A stretch of DNA of 63,044 bases from an uncultured Alphaproteobacteria bacterium (GTDB taxonomy: Bacteria; Pseudomonadota; Alphaproteobacteria; RF32; CAG-239): contig CALXYD010000003.1 of assembly GCA_944392865.1 (NCBI GenBank), positions 1 through 63,044 of the forward strand. Reading direction: 5' to 3'. A program made the translations under genes and the position numbers. Positions 36,360 to 45,609 of the stretch are shown piece after piece. The notes beneath the pieces were generated by a model that had not been told where the DNA came from, searched no databases, and was given only the letters and a program-made list of their open reading frames with translations. The first letter of the stretch is position 1. Each line of letters begins with the position of its first letter.

Positions 36360-38771
36360 ATGTTTAGTTTTAAGAAAATCGCGGCTTTTGCGGGTGCGCT
36401 GGCACCGGCGGCCGTTGGCGGGTCGGGCGAGGCGCTGGCTTCGGAAATCGACCTCAAAATCCCGTCGTTGGACGTGGTTTACAATATTTTCGGCTGGGCA
36501 ATATCCGGAACGCAGATTTTGGCTTTTGGGCTGATTATCTGTATTTTGGGTATGGCGTTCGGCTGGTATGAATTTTACAAAATCAAAAATATGCCGGCGC
36601 ATCAGTCGATGCTTAACGTGTCGGAACTGATTTACGCCACCTGCAAGACTTATATGAAGCAACAGGCGAAACTGCTGCTTTTGCTTGAGGTGTTTATCGC
36701 CGTGTGCATATTCTATTATTTCTACGGGCTTAACGATACGCCGCTGCCGAAAGTGCTGACCGTGCTGGGGTGGTCAATCCTCGGTATTCTCGGTTCCTAC
36801 TCGGTGGCGTGGTTCGGTATGCGCATTAACAACTACGCCAACGCCCGCACCGCGTTTTCTTCGCTGGAAGGCAAAGCCTACAAGGTGATGAGCCTGCCGC
36901 TCAAGTCCGGCATGTCCATCGGCGTGCTGCTTATCTGCGTTGAGCTGATTATGATGATGGCGATTTTGCTGTTCGTGTCCAAAGAAAACGCCGGGGCGTG
37001 CTTTATCGGCTTTGCCATCGGCGAATCGCTCGGCGCGGCGGCGCTGCGTATCTGCGGCGGCATTTTTACCAAAATTGCCGACATCGGCGCGGATTTGATG
37101 AAAATCATCTTTAAAATCGGCGAAGACGATGCGCGCAATCCGGGCGTGATTGCCGACTGCACCGGCGACAATGCCGGCGACTCGGTCGGGCCGACGGCGG
37201 ACGGTTTTGAAACCTACGGCGTTACCGGCGTGGCGCTCATCAGCTTTATCGTTCTGGGCGCGGGCATGATGTATGCGCCGAACGGCGAACTGGTGGCAAT
37301 GGCGAACGGCGCGGACTTTCAGGCGCGTCTGATTGTCTGGATTTTCGCTATGCGTATTTTGATGATTCTGACCTCGCTGTTCTCCTATTGGCTGAACGGA
37401 AAGCTCTCGGAAAAACGCTACGGCAAAGAAAAAATCTTTGACTTTGAAAAGCCGTTGACAAGCCTTATCTGGCTGACTTCGGCAACGTCCATTTTGGTTA
37501 CGTTCGGCATTTCCTACTTAATGCTTTCCAACCTCAGCGCCGATTTGTGGTGGCGGCTGTCGCTGATTATCAGCTGCGGCACACTGGCGGCGGCGCTTAT
37601 TCCGGAATTTACGAAAATCTTTACGTCTTCCAAGTCGCAACACGTGCAGGAAATCGTTAAGTCCAGTCGTGAAGCCGGCGCTTCGCTCAACATTATTTCC
37701 GGTATTGTCGCCGGCAATATGTCCGGGTTCTGGCAAGGGCTGGTCATGGTCGGGCTGATGGTTATCGCCTACTTTACCGCAAGCGAAGGCTTGGACGCGT
37801 TTATGATTTATCCGACGGTATTTGCGTTCGGCCTGGTGGCGTTCGGTATGCTCGGCATGGGACCGGTTACCATCGCGGTTGACAGCTACGGCCCGGTTAC
37901 CGACAACGCGCAGTCCGTGTTTGAACTCTCGCAAATTGAGAGCCTCAAAGGCGTGAAGAAGGAAATTGAATCCGACTACGGCTTTAAACCCGATTTTGAA
38001 CAAGGCAAGCACCTGTTGGAAGCCAACGACAGCGCGGGCAATACCTTTAAGGCAACGGCAAAACCGGTGCTTATCGGGACGGCAGTTATCGGCGCGACGA
38101 CGATGATTTTCTCCATTATTCTGTTGCTGAATCTCAAACTTAACCTGCTTGATCCGACTGTTCTGTTCGGTATTATTCTCGGCGGAGCGGTCATTTACTG
38201 GTTCTCCGGCGCTTCCATGCAGGCGGTTTCAACCGGCGCTTACCGTGCGGTTGATTTCATCAAGCAGCACATTAACCTGAGCGGCAAAAAGGCGGCCTCT
38301 AAAGAAGATTCGCAAGAAGTTGTCCGAATCTGCACGTTGTATGCGCAAAAGGGAATGTTTAACATCTTTATCGTTATCTTCTCTTTCACCATTGCGTTTG
38401 CCTGCTTTGACGCCAATCTGTTTGCCAGCTATCTGATTTCCATTGCGGTCTTCGGCCTCTATCAGGCGCTGTTTATGGCTAACGCCGGCGGCGCATGGGA
38501 CAACGCCAAGAAAGTCGTGGAAGTTGACCTCGGCGAAAAAGGCACGCCTCTGCACGACGCAACCGTGGTCGGCGATACCGTCGGCGATCCGTTCAAAGAT
38601 ACGTCGTCCGTGGCGCTTAACCCGATTATCAAATTTACCACCCTCTTTGGCCTTCTGGCGGTTGAAATGGCCGTCGCCGCGCCGAAGTGCGTTTCCATGA
38701 CGCTCGGGGTGTTTTTCCTCTTGTTGGGGTTGGTGTTTGTGTATCGGTCATTTTATAAGATGAAAATTTAA
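36360..38771 (+). CDS. hppA: Membrane-bound proton-translocating pyrophosphatase (divergent; Lys-type GNTxKA motif)
   Basis: 803 aa and polytopic. Motifs DCTGDNAGDSVGPTADGFETY, GGAWDNAKK and DTVGDPFKDTSSVALNPIIKF. SD AGGGAG. Confidence 0.92.
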   Translation: MFSFKKIAAFAGALAPAAVGGSGEALASEIDLKIPSLDVVYNIFGWAISGTQILAFGLIICILGMAFGWYEFYKIKNMPAHQSMLNVSELIYATCKTYMKQQAKLLLLLEVFIAVCIFYYFYGLNDTPLPKVLTVLGWSILGILGSYSVAWFGMRINNYANARTAFSSLEGKAYKVMSLPLKSGMSIGVLLICVELIMMMAILLFVSKENAGACFIGFAIGESLGAAALRICGGIFTKIADIGADLMKIIFKIGEDDARNPGVIADCTGDNAGDSVGPTADGFETYGVTGVALISFIVLGAGMMYAPNGELVAMANGADFQARLIVWIFAMRILMILTSLFSYWLNGKLSEKRYGKEKIFDFEKPLTSLIWLTSATSILVTFGISYLMLSNLSADLWWRLSLIISCGTLAAALIPEFTKIFTSSKSQHVQEIVKSSREAGASLNIISGIVAGNMSGFWQGLVMVGLMVIAYFTASEGLDAFMIYPTVFAFGLVAFGMLGMGPVTIAVDSYGPVTDNAQSVFELSQIESLKGVKKEIESDYGFKPDFEQGKHLLEANDSAGNTFKATAKPVLIGTAVIGATTMIFSIILLLNLKLNLLDPTVLFGIILGGAVIYWFSGASMQAVSTGAYRAVDFIKQHINLSGKKAASKEDSQEVVRICTLYAQKGMFNIFIVIFSFTIAFACFDANLFASYLISIAVFGLYQALFMANAGGAWDNAKKVVEVDLGEKGTPLHDATVVGDTVGDPFKDTSSVALNPIIKFTTLFGLLAVEMAVAAPKCVSMTLGVFFLLLGLVFVYRSFYKMKI

Positions 38772-38897
38772 AGGGGAAAATTTTGTGATTGAGTTCGCGT
38801 GAGGAAGCCTCACTTCGGTCGGGTCATGTACCTCTTTTGTACACTCCCCTCCCTCGGAGGGCTCCCGCGGCTCACTCGCAAAATTTTCTCCCTTTAA
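38768..38897. mobile_element. MITE-like 130-bp element with ~21-bp terminal inverted repeats and TTAA at both ends
   Basis: The left end ttaaaggggaaaattttgtga matches the reverse complement of the right end ttaaagggagaaaattttgcga (1 indel, 1 mismatch). The interior contains hairpins (gtgagg/cctcac, cctcc/ggagg). The hppA stop codon lies inside the left TTAA. Confidence 0.6.
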
Positions 38898-39059
38898 GAC
38901 CCTGAACGGGGTAAGAGGAATGGGTTCGGATAGTGTTGCTCTCCGAGCCCTTGGCTTATTTATTAAAGGGCTCCTGCGGCTCAGTGGCCGCGCCAGTGCC
39001 AGCGGCACCTGCATAAATGGGCAGAGTGCCACGAACGGGCAAGTGATGTCCATCTATAC

Positions 39060-39197
39060 CGTCACTGCGAGAGAGCGCGAGCCAGGCGAGGGCGAACGCG
39101 GCAGTCCAGCGGCGGGCAAAGGTATGGCGAGCCTATGGCACAAGCTTATGGATCGCCACGGCGATGTGCAACTTACGTTGCGCGCCTCGCGATGACG
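39060..39197. repeat. 138-bp imperfect palindromic element
   Basis: The outer arm cgtcactgcgag pairs with ctcgcgatgacg. The inner arm gcggcagtcca pairs with tggatcgccacggc. It lies in a 650-bp non-coding stretch. Confidence 0.5.
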
Positions 39198-39480
39198 GGG
39201 AAAAAAGAGGCATGGTGGTCGTGGTGGTTGTGCGGTGGGCTGGGCGCGCCGCATCGGCATAAGGGGAAAAGCCCTGTCGGGGCAAGTGCGGGCAAGCCGC
39301 GCTTGTTGGCAAAATGCTTTGATAGGCTGATTTATACAGATAAATTTCGGATTGGTCGTGCGGCGGGGGATGTGAATGGGGTGGGCAAGGGGGCGGGGTA
39401 GGGGCGGAAATGGCGGGGAAGTGCCGCTTTAAAGGCGGTTTTTTTATTTTTTAAAAATTGACATATCGCCCAAAAAAAAG

Positions 39481-39580
39481 TGCTTGATTTTGTATAATAA
39501 ATATGCTACTATTAAGTTGTAAAAAAAATTATTGTGCCTTTTAAATCTTTTGTTTCTATTATTCTGAAAGAAAGGGCACG
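39481..39580 (+). promoter_or_regulatory. Conserved promoter/leader module, copy 1 (upstream of the 423-aa lipoprotein gene)
   Basis: Block tgcttgattttgtata, then about 26 nt, then block aaaaaattattgtgcc, then a hairpin gtgcctt..aagggcac. The same layout occurs at 41042-41131. Confidence 0.45.
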
Positions 39581-39612
39581 CATAAGCTGAATATAAACTA
39601 AAAAATAAGAAT

Positions 39613-40884
39613 ATGAAGAAAAAGAATTTTTTGAGTGTTGCAGCATGGATGCTGTGCACTCTGGTCAGCCTTTGCAGCTGCATGAGCGAAAATAACGTTG
39701 TCCCCGCATCCGGCACAACGTTAGTAAATGTCGACAAGAACGTGGAGTTCTCTACCTCTGTGGTAGATGCTCTGGGTTCTTCAGTTGCCAACATTGACGT
39801 CGAGTCTTCGACGATCGTTGTTGGCGACGATGGTACTGACGTGCGTCGCTTTGAACCCACATGTTATCTTAATGTCAAATTAGCGGAAGAGCATATTGAG
39901 CTCTCGTCTGCTGATGAGGCTGAGGTAACGCTCGTTGAAGAGAAAGTAATTTCTGACAATGAAACTACCGAAGGGGCAATCCGCGGAAGAGATGTTGTCA
40001 AGGAATTCACTTTCAGCGACGGTCAAGTTGCTACCGTATCCTACGGTTGGCAATATGAAATGGACGTCGTAGGTGCTGAGCAGGTGGCTGCGCCTCATGT
40101 TGAAGTTTCTAACGTCCGTTATATCAACCATGTGGTTGAGAATACGGGTGTCGGAACTTACAAGGCTACGCCGGCATTTGATGCGTCTTTGGTAACAAAG
40201 TCTGTATCAAATGCAGAAACAGAGTCTTTGACTCTGCGGCCGTGGTATACCATGAGCGTTGTAGCCTCTGAGCCGGAGCCCGAACCCGAATACACCTTTG
40301 AGGTGGTTTGGGGCGAGTGGGTGGAAGGCGACTACGCCACTGAGGCCGGGGCTTATCTGCCGGTTACCGTTTATGCTCATAAGAGCGTCGGCGGTGAGGC
40401 AGTTAAGACAGATGAAACGACATTTCATCTGTATACGCCGGCCTTGCGTGAGGATTTCACATTCCGCGGTATCACCGCTACTTCGGGCAACACGGGTAAC
40501 CTTGAGGTTACCTCATATGACGAAGATAGCTTTGAACGCGGAGGCTTTTTCCACACAACGCATGTAACTAAGTTTAGTTATATGTGGGTGTTTGAAACCT
40601 TCCGATTCCAGACTTCACTTGTGGAGCTGGTGTATACGGATGGTGAGTACAGTGCTACCTTAGAGGTAGGATTGGACACCACGTGGAAGAAGCAGGAAGA
40701 TGTCGTGATTGATAGTAACGCAAATAATCCTGACTATGAGGGTGGGCGTTATATCGGCACTGACATTTTCACTTTCTCAAGTGAGAAGGTTGTCCGTACG
40801 GACGCCAACTACACTGAGAAAGACGCCAGCGGCGAAGACGTGATGGTCTTCACGTTCAACATTGACAAGATCATTTATGAATAA
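39613..40884 (+). CDS. Lipoprotein, paralog 1 (423 aa)
   Basis: Signal peptide plus lipobox MKKKNFLSVAAWMLCTLVSLCSC. Thr/Glu/Val-rich beta-type sequence. The segment DVVKEFTFSDGQVATVSYGWQY..APHVEVSNV is homologous to the next gene. Confidence 0.8.
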   Translation: MKKKNFLSVAAWMLCTLVSLCSCMSENNVVPASGTTLVNVDKNVEFSTSVVDALGSSVANIDVESSTIVVGDDGTDVRRFEPTCYLNVKLAEEHIELSSADEAEVTLVEEKVISDNETTEGAIRGRDVVKEFTFSDGQVATVSYGWQYEMDVVGAEQVAAPHVEVSNVRYINHVVENTGVGTYKATPAFDASLVTKSVSNAETESLTLRPWYTMSVVASEPEPEPEYTFEVVWGEWVEGDYATEAGAYLPVTVYAHKSVGGEAVKTDETTFHLYTPALREDFTFRGITATSGNTGNLEVTSYDEDSFERGGFFHTTHVTKFSYMWVFETFRFQTSLVELVYTDGEYSATLEVGLDTTWKKQEDVVIDSNANNPDYEGGRYIGTDIFTFSSEKVVRTDANYTEKDASGEDVMVFTFNIDKIIYE

Positions 40885-40922
40885 GTCAATGGGGAACGGA
40901 GAGCGTGCCTAGAAATTGATTA

Positions 40923-40979
40923 GGCCTTTCTGCAGTTGCTCCCCCTTTTGGGGCGGCAGTCTGCAGGGAGGCTTTTTTT
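40923..40979 (+). terminator. Rho-independent terminator
   Basis: gcct(tt)ctgcag ... ctgcag(gg)aggc followed by TTTTTTT. Confidence 0.6.
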
Positions 40980-41041
40980 GTGCCTTGCCGGCGGCGGATA
41001 ATTTTTTCAGGCAAAATAAGCTTAAAGGACAAAAATAGGGG

Positions 41042-41131
41042 TTGCTTTTTTGTATATTTTGTGTTAAGCTCTGGCTGTTCAAAAAATTATTGTGCCGGAC
41101 TATTGGGATTTCTTATTGTGAGGCTGGCACA
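41042..41131 (+). promoter_or_regulatory. Conserved promoter/leader module, copy 2 (upstream of the 1134-aa lipoprotein gene)
   Basis: Blocks tgcttttttgtata and aaaaaattattgtgcc, followed by a hairpin tgtgccgg..ctggcaca. Possible -35 TTGCTT, 17 nt, -10 TAAGCT. Confidence 0.45.
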
Positions 41132-41244
41132 TCTTTTCATCTTTTTCTTAATGACGCAGGCGTTGCTTTCGGCAACTCCGGGCGCTTGATATATGTTTTG
41201 AGTGTGTAAAAAATATTTAATAACCTTTTAAAAACTATTATTTT

Positions 41245-44200
41245 ATGGACAAGTTGAGTAAAATGTGCCGGAAATGCGCAAATTCTGCGCTCTGGCTGGT
41301 GTTGTTTATCGTCGGGATAAGCATTATCGGCGGCTGTATGGATGAAGAATCTAGCGGCCGGATAATCGATTCCAGCGATACGGTCAAGGTCATTGTTGAT
41401 CACTATTGGGAATCCGAAAGGATTTTGCTGGCGAATGCGTCGGTTAAAGATACGCTTGCCAACAGCGAGGCGACATTTAAGCAGACGGCGACGATGCGCT
41501 TTGATAATGACGGCGAAGAGTTGTTGTATAACTTTTACCCCGATGCGTATGTCAAAATCCTGCTGGAAAAAGCGCGAATTGAGGTGGAAGCGGAAAATGA
41601 TTTGCCGGTAACCCTGACGCGCGCGCGAATCGTCAACCGGACGCCATATCACAAAGGGACGACTTTTGGCGAAGACGTGGTTAAAGTCTGCGAGTATTCG
41701 GACGGGCAAAAGGCGACAATCAGTTACGGTTATCGCTATACGGCTTATGTTTCCGGCGAGGATACGCTGGCGGTGCCGCATGTAGAAGTGGAACCGGTGG
41801 AGTATCTAAGCTATGAGCTGGAAAATTTCGGCGAAAAAACCGAGACGGAAGATCCGTATAAGCTAACGTTGGAATTTGCCGCAACGTATTTTGCCGAGGG
41901 CGTTTCCACAGGTGGCGAGCATTACGATGTTGTTAAGCTGAAACCGTGGTATCGCAAAGTCATTACCGATGAGGCGACGCAGGTTGAAGACGTTACTTAT
42001 TCCGGCAAGTATATCGGGTGCCCGTTTACGGCATACGAACTGACGGAAAAGGTTAAGACCAACAAGGGCGAGGAAACCCATACCTATCGGGTTGACCTGG
42101 CGCTTGAGCTGACGCCGCCCGCTGAACGCGAACAACCGAGCCGTGACAGCGTCTTTAATGACGTTTCAACCGGTAAGCTTAGCGAAAAAATGCTGACGGA
42201 AATCAAAACCGAAGACGGTTTTACGGTGCAGACGATGAGCGGGACTTATACTTCCGCCAATACGGGCAAGGAAGCCGGAACAACGGTTGAAAGCACGGTC
42301 AGCTTTACCTATCAGAAGCCGGTGCGGTTTGAAAGCGAATACGGAAGCTACGACATTCCCGATATCGGGTTGAAGTTTGGCGAGCTTAATTTTGCCGTGG
42401 ATAAAGTAGCGGAGAACGAAAGCGAAAAGACTTTCCGCTCCGTCAACACGATTTACGGCGAAATTGCCGATTGTACGCTGGAACCGGTGGACGAAGTGGT
42501 TTTGCTTAAAATTTCGGCAGACAAGCCCGGCGACGTGGCCAAAGTGGATTCTACCTATACGCTGACAGGCGAGGATGACGACTATATCGTGGATAAAGAG
42601 ATTATCTGGAGCGACGGGTCGGAAACTCACGAAAAATACAGCTATCAGGGCAGACATTCGGCGACGGCCGTGGCGTTCGGCGAGGTGATTACGACATCGC
42701 TGGATTGGAGCGAGAGCGAGCTTGCCGCCGCGGCAACTTCCAAGGAAACCGAAGAAAAGAAATTTTCGGCAACGACGAAGTTTACGGCGACATACACGAC
42801 AACGAGCTGGCAATCCAACGCGAGCAACAGGGTTGAACGCGGCGTGTTTACATTCCGCGAAACATCGCCCGCTGTGGTATTTACCGACGGAAAGACGGTC
42901 AAGGAATTTCCGGTGCGGAAATATACGATGACCGGTCTGGGCGCTGATGTGGCGGCGAATTTCGTAACCATGGTGCGCAACGGCGTGACGTATAAAGCGT
43001 ATCCATACGACTATACGGCCAAAGCGGCGTGGAACGGCGGAAACCCGGCGACACTCGTGTCGGAAGGATATTTGCTGATAGCCGCCGACGAGACGGGCGA
43101 GCCTGTTTATACGACAGAGCAGACCTGGAACGGCAAGACGACGACGGTAACGGTAATTAAGACAACGCCGCATTCTTACGGCGAAGACGAAAAAGAAACG
43201 TTTACGAAGTCGTTTACGGTTGAAATCGGCGAATTGAGCGACGGAAAAGTGTATGCGGAAAATACCAATTTCAGCACGCGCGAAACCCACTCTTTCAGTA
43301 CCGGGTCGCAAAAAGACGGCAACTGGCTGGTCAAGACGTATACGGAAACGTATCGCTACGTGACGAGCAACGGCGCTGTCAACCGCGAGCAGGAAGTGAA
43401 GGTTAAAGATGCGGAAATCACGTTTGACGACGGGGCTTTCTCGCATACGTTTAACGTTCGCCTGACGCCTCAGATGAGCGAAGCATTGTTGATGCAGAAC
43501 GTGCGTACCGAGGGCAATTACACGGTTACGCCGCACCGCCTTGCCGTCCGCTTTACAACACCGGACGGACAGCGTTTTGACACGGAAGGGATAACCGATA
43601 TCTATGTTGAAAACCAGGAGGCGACGGTGGAGCGTTCCAGCAAGAAGACGATTGTCTATAATGACGGAACGGTTGATTTCGTGCTGGAAAAGGAAATGAG
43701 CGACGGAACGACACAAACCGTGCGGGCGGCCGATACTTACGGCGCGCGTTTCGCGTTTGATTTTGCCAATACGGACGCGCAGACCAGAGTTGTTGCCAAT
43801 GTTGATTATGCGGCAACGGGAGCAGCCGGTCAACCGCAGACTTCCAACCGCAACCGCGGGAACTGGAGCGTTACGGAATATCGTTATCCGTATATACATA
43901 CGATGACGAACGGCGTTGCTGCCGATAAAATTGATAGTCCGTATGCATACAGCACTTTCAGCGCGACGCTTGCGGATGAAGACCTCGGAACTGTAACGTT
44001 TGACATGCCGACGGTAACGATGACGCCGACGGCGCTGCAAATCAGTTCGCGCGGAACTGCCAACGGATATGACGAATACGGCGCGGCGGTTACGGTTGCC
44101 GGGTCGGCACGCGGCACGGAAGGTTCTTATTCGCGAAATCTGTCGGTTACGCATATCCTGCGGATGACGGCAGACGATGGCGATGAACCCGATGACCCGC

Positions 44201-44649
44201 ATTTCGGCAAGCCGAAGGGCTTTTTCGTAACGGCGACATTTGACCCGTCTGCCAAAGTAACGCGACGTGCTTTCGTTTTCCAATGGGAGCGGGGTGTTAC
44301 CTACGCGGTGTGCGATTATGAAACCGATTTGCCGGCGAGCAGCGAGTTTATGTATAAGGCTGATTCTTATCAGGGATACAACTCGGTCGGTTATGACGCG
44401 AAAAGCGGAGAATGGTTGCCGGCGCGTGCCATTGATACAGACAATACGCTGGAATGGTATTTCAGCAACGGGCAGTTGATGGCGGCAGTCAGCGACTTTG
44501 AGTGTATGACGTATGGTTGGAAGAATATTGTCAACGGAGAATACGCTCTGGTCATTGATGGCTATGATTCCACGGTGAACGGCTATAAAATAACGGTTGT
44601 GTCACCCGGCGGAAATACGGTTACGTTTGACAGCCATTACGAGCGCTGA
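41245..44649 (+). CDS. Large lipoprotein, paralog 2 (1134 aa)
   Basis: Lipobox LFIVGISIIGGC. The N-terminal ~230 aa are homologous to the 39613 product (DVVKVCEYSDGQKATISYGYRY..VPHVEVEPV; VKLKPWY). The long Thr/Glu/Tyr-rich body has no recognised domain. Confidence 0.8.
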   Translation: MDKLSKMCRKCANSALWLVLFIVGISIIGGCMDEESSGRIIDSSDTVKVIVDHYWESERILLANASVKDTLANSEATFKQTATMRFDNDGEELLYNFYPDAYVKILLEKARIEVEAENDLPVTLTRARIVNRTPYHKGTTFGEDVVKVCEYSDGQKATISYGYRYTAYVSGEDTLAVPHVEVEPVEYLSYELENFGEKTETEDPYKLTLEFAATYFAEGVSTGGEHYDVVKLKPWYRKVITDEATQVEDVTYSGKYIGCPFTAYELTEKVKTNKGEETHTYRVDLALELTPPAEREQPSRDSVFNDVSTGKLSEKMLTEIKTEDGFTVQTMSGTYTSANTGKEAGTTVESTVSFTYQKPVRFESEYGSYDIPDIGLKFGELNFAVDKVAENESEKTFRSVNTIYGEIADCTLEPVDEVVLLKISADKPGDVAKVDSTYTLTGEDDDYIVDKEIIWSDGSETHEKYSYQGRHSATAVAFGEVITTSLDWSESELAAAATSKETEEKKFSATTKFTATYTTTSWQSNASNRVERGVFTFRETSPAVVFTDGKTVKEFPVRKYTMTGLGADVAANFVTMVRNGVTYKAYPYDYTAKAAWNGGNPATLVSEGYLLIAADETGEPVYTTEQTWNGKTTTVTVIKTTPHSYGEDEKETFTKSFTVEIGELSDGKVYAENTNFSTRETHSFSTGSQKDGNWLVKTYTETYRYVTSNGAVNREQEVKVKDAEITFDDGAFSHTFNVRLTPQMSEALLMQNVRTEGNYTVTPHRLAVRFTTPDGQRFDTEGITDIYVENQEATVERSSKKTIVYNDGTVDFVLEKEMSDGTTQTVRAADTYGARFAFDFANTDAQTRVVANVDYAATGAAGQPQTSNRNRGNWSVTEYRYPYIHTMTNGVAADKIDSPYAYSTFSATLADEDLGTVTFDMPTVTMTPTALQISSRGTANGYDEYGAAVTVAGSARGTEGSYSRNLSVTHILRMTADDGDEPDDPHFGKPKGFFVTATFDPSAKVTRRAFVFQWERGVTYAVCDYETDLPASSEFMYKADSYQGYNSVGYDAKSGEWLPARAIDTDNTLEWYFSNGQLMAAVSDFECMTYGWKNIVNGEYALVIDGYDSTVNGYKITVVSPGGNTVTFDSHYER

Positions 44650-44672
44650 GCCTTGCGCATTTAATTAAAAGA

Positions 44673-44706
44673 ACGCCTGTTCCCTTCGGGGAGCCGGCGT
44701 TTTTTT
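44673..44706 (+). terminator. Rho-independent terminator
   Basis: acgcc..tccc-ttcg-ggga..ggcgt followed by TTTTTT. Confidence 0.65.
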
Positions 44707-44814
44707 GTGGGGCTTTTCGGCGGGAGAAAAATCGGAACGGGGCGGCGGGGTTTAAACTTTTTATTAAGACAATGCGTGCTATGTTTGCTGAAAAGAGGTG
44801 AGCAATAGGAAAAA

Positions 44815-45609
44815 ATGAATTTAAAACCGACCATAAAACATTTGCGGCAGAAAATCGTCAAGCAACCGGCGGTGTTGGATATACTCGGCGCGTTGGCGTA
44901 TGCGTATGCGTGGCTGGCGGGGAAAACCGGCAAATTCAAGATGCAGGGGATAGAAGAGTTTGAAAAGCTGATTGCCGAGCATGACGGCGGGATATTTGTC
45001 GCCTGGCACGGGCGGGCGTTGCTTTTGCCCTATTTCTGGCGCAATCCGCGGCCGATGAAAGCGCTGGTTTCGCCGCATAACGACGGGCGGATTATCGCCA
45101 GGCTTTTAAAAGGTTTCCATATCGCAAGTATTGACGGTTCCAGCGATCGCCATGCGTTGCCGGCGGCGCTTGATATTGTCCGCGAACTGGAGCAGGGGAC
45201 GGTGGTGGCGCTGATACCCGACGGGCCGCGGGGGCCGAGGATGCGCCTTAACAAGAGCGTGATTTATTTTGCCCAGAAGACGGGTAAGCCGGTGATGGGG
45301 TTTACATACAGCTCGCGTGGGGCGAAAGTGTTGCAGAAAAGCTGGGACGCCATGCTGTTGCCGAAACTTTTTGCCGAAGGGGAAATGGCCGCAACCAAAC
45401 CGCTGTTGGTGCCGAAAGAGGCGACGGAGGAGAAATTGGAAGAGTTGCGGAAGAATTTTGAAGATGAGCTGAACGCGTTGACCATCGCGTTGGACAGGAA
45501 ATTCGGTCTGCCGGAGATTTTACCGGCGGACGGGATAAAGATTAAGCGTACCGACAGCAATAATAAAGCTGGTGCGGCGACAACAGATAACAATGACAAG
45601 GGAGCCTGA
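44815..45609 (+). CDS. DUF374-family (lysophospholipid acyltransferase-like) protein
   Basis: 264 aa. FVAWHGRALLLPYFW, SPHNDGRIIARLL and LIPDGPRGPR. It sits directly upstream of waaA, which is typical for this family. Confidence 0.82.
   Translation: MNLKPTIKHLRQKIVKQPAVLDILGALAYAYAWLAGKTGKFKMQGIEEFEKLIAEHDGGIFVAWHGRALLLPYFWRNPRPMKALVSPHNDGRIIARLLKGFHIASIDGSSDRHALPAALDIVRELEQGTVVALIPDGPRGPRMRLNKSVIYFAQKTGKPVMGFTYSSRGAKVLQKSWDAMLLPKLFAEGEMAATKPLLVPKEATEEKLEELRKNFEDELNALTIALDRKFGLPEILPADGIKIKRTDSNNKAGAATTDNNDKGA

Noticed and set aside
42166-44283. 705-aa minus-strand ORF.
   Set aside because: It is antisense to the 1134-aa lipoprotein gene. It is about 20% Arg and has no start context.
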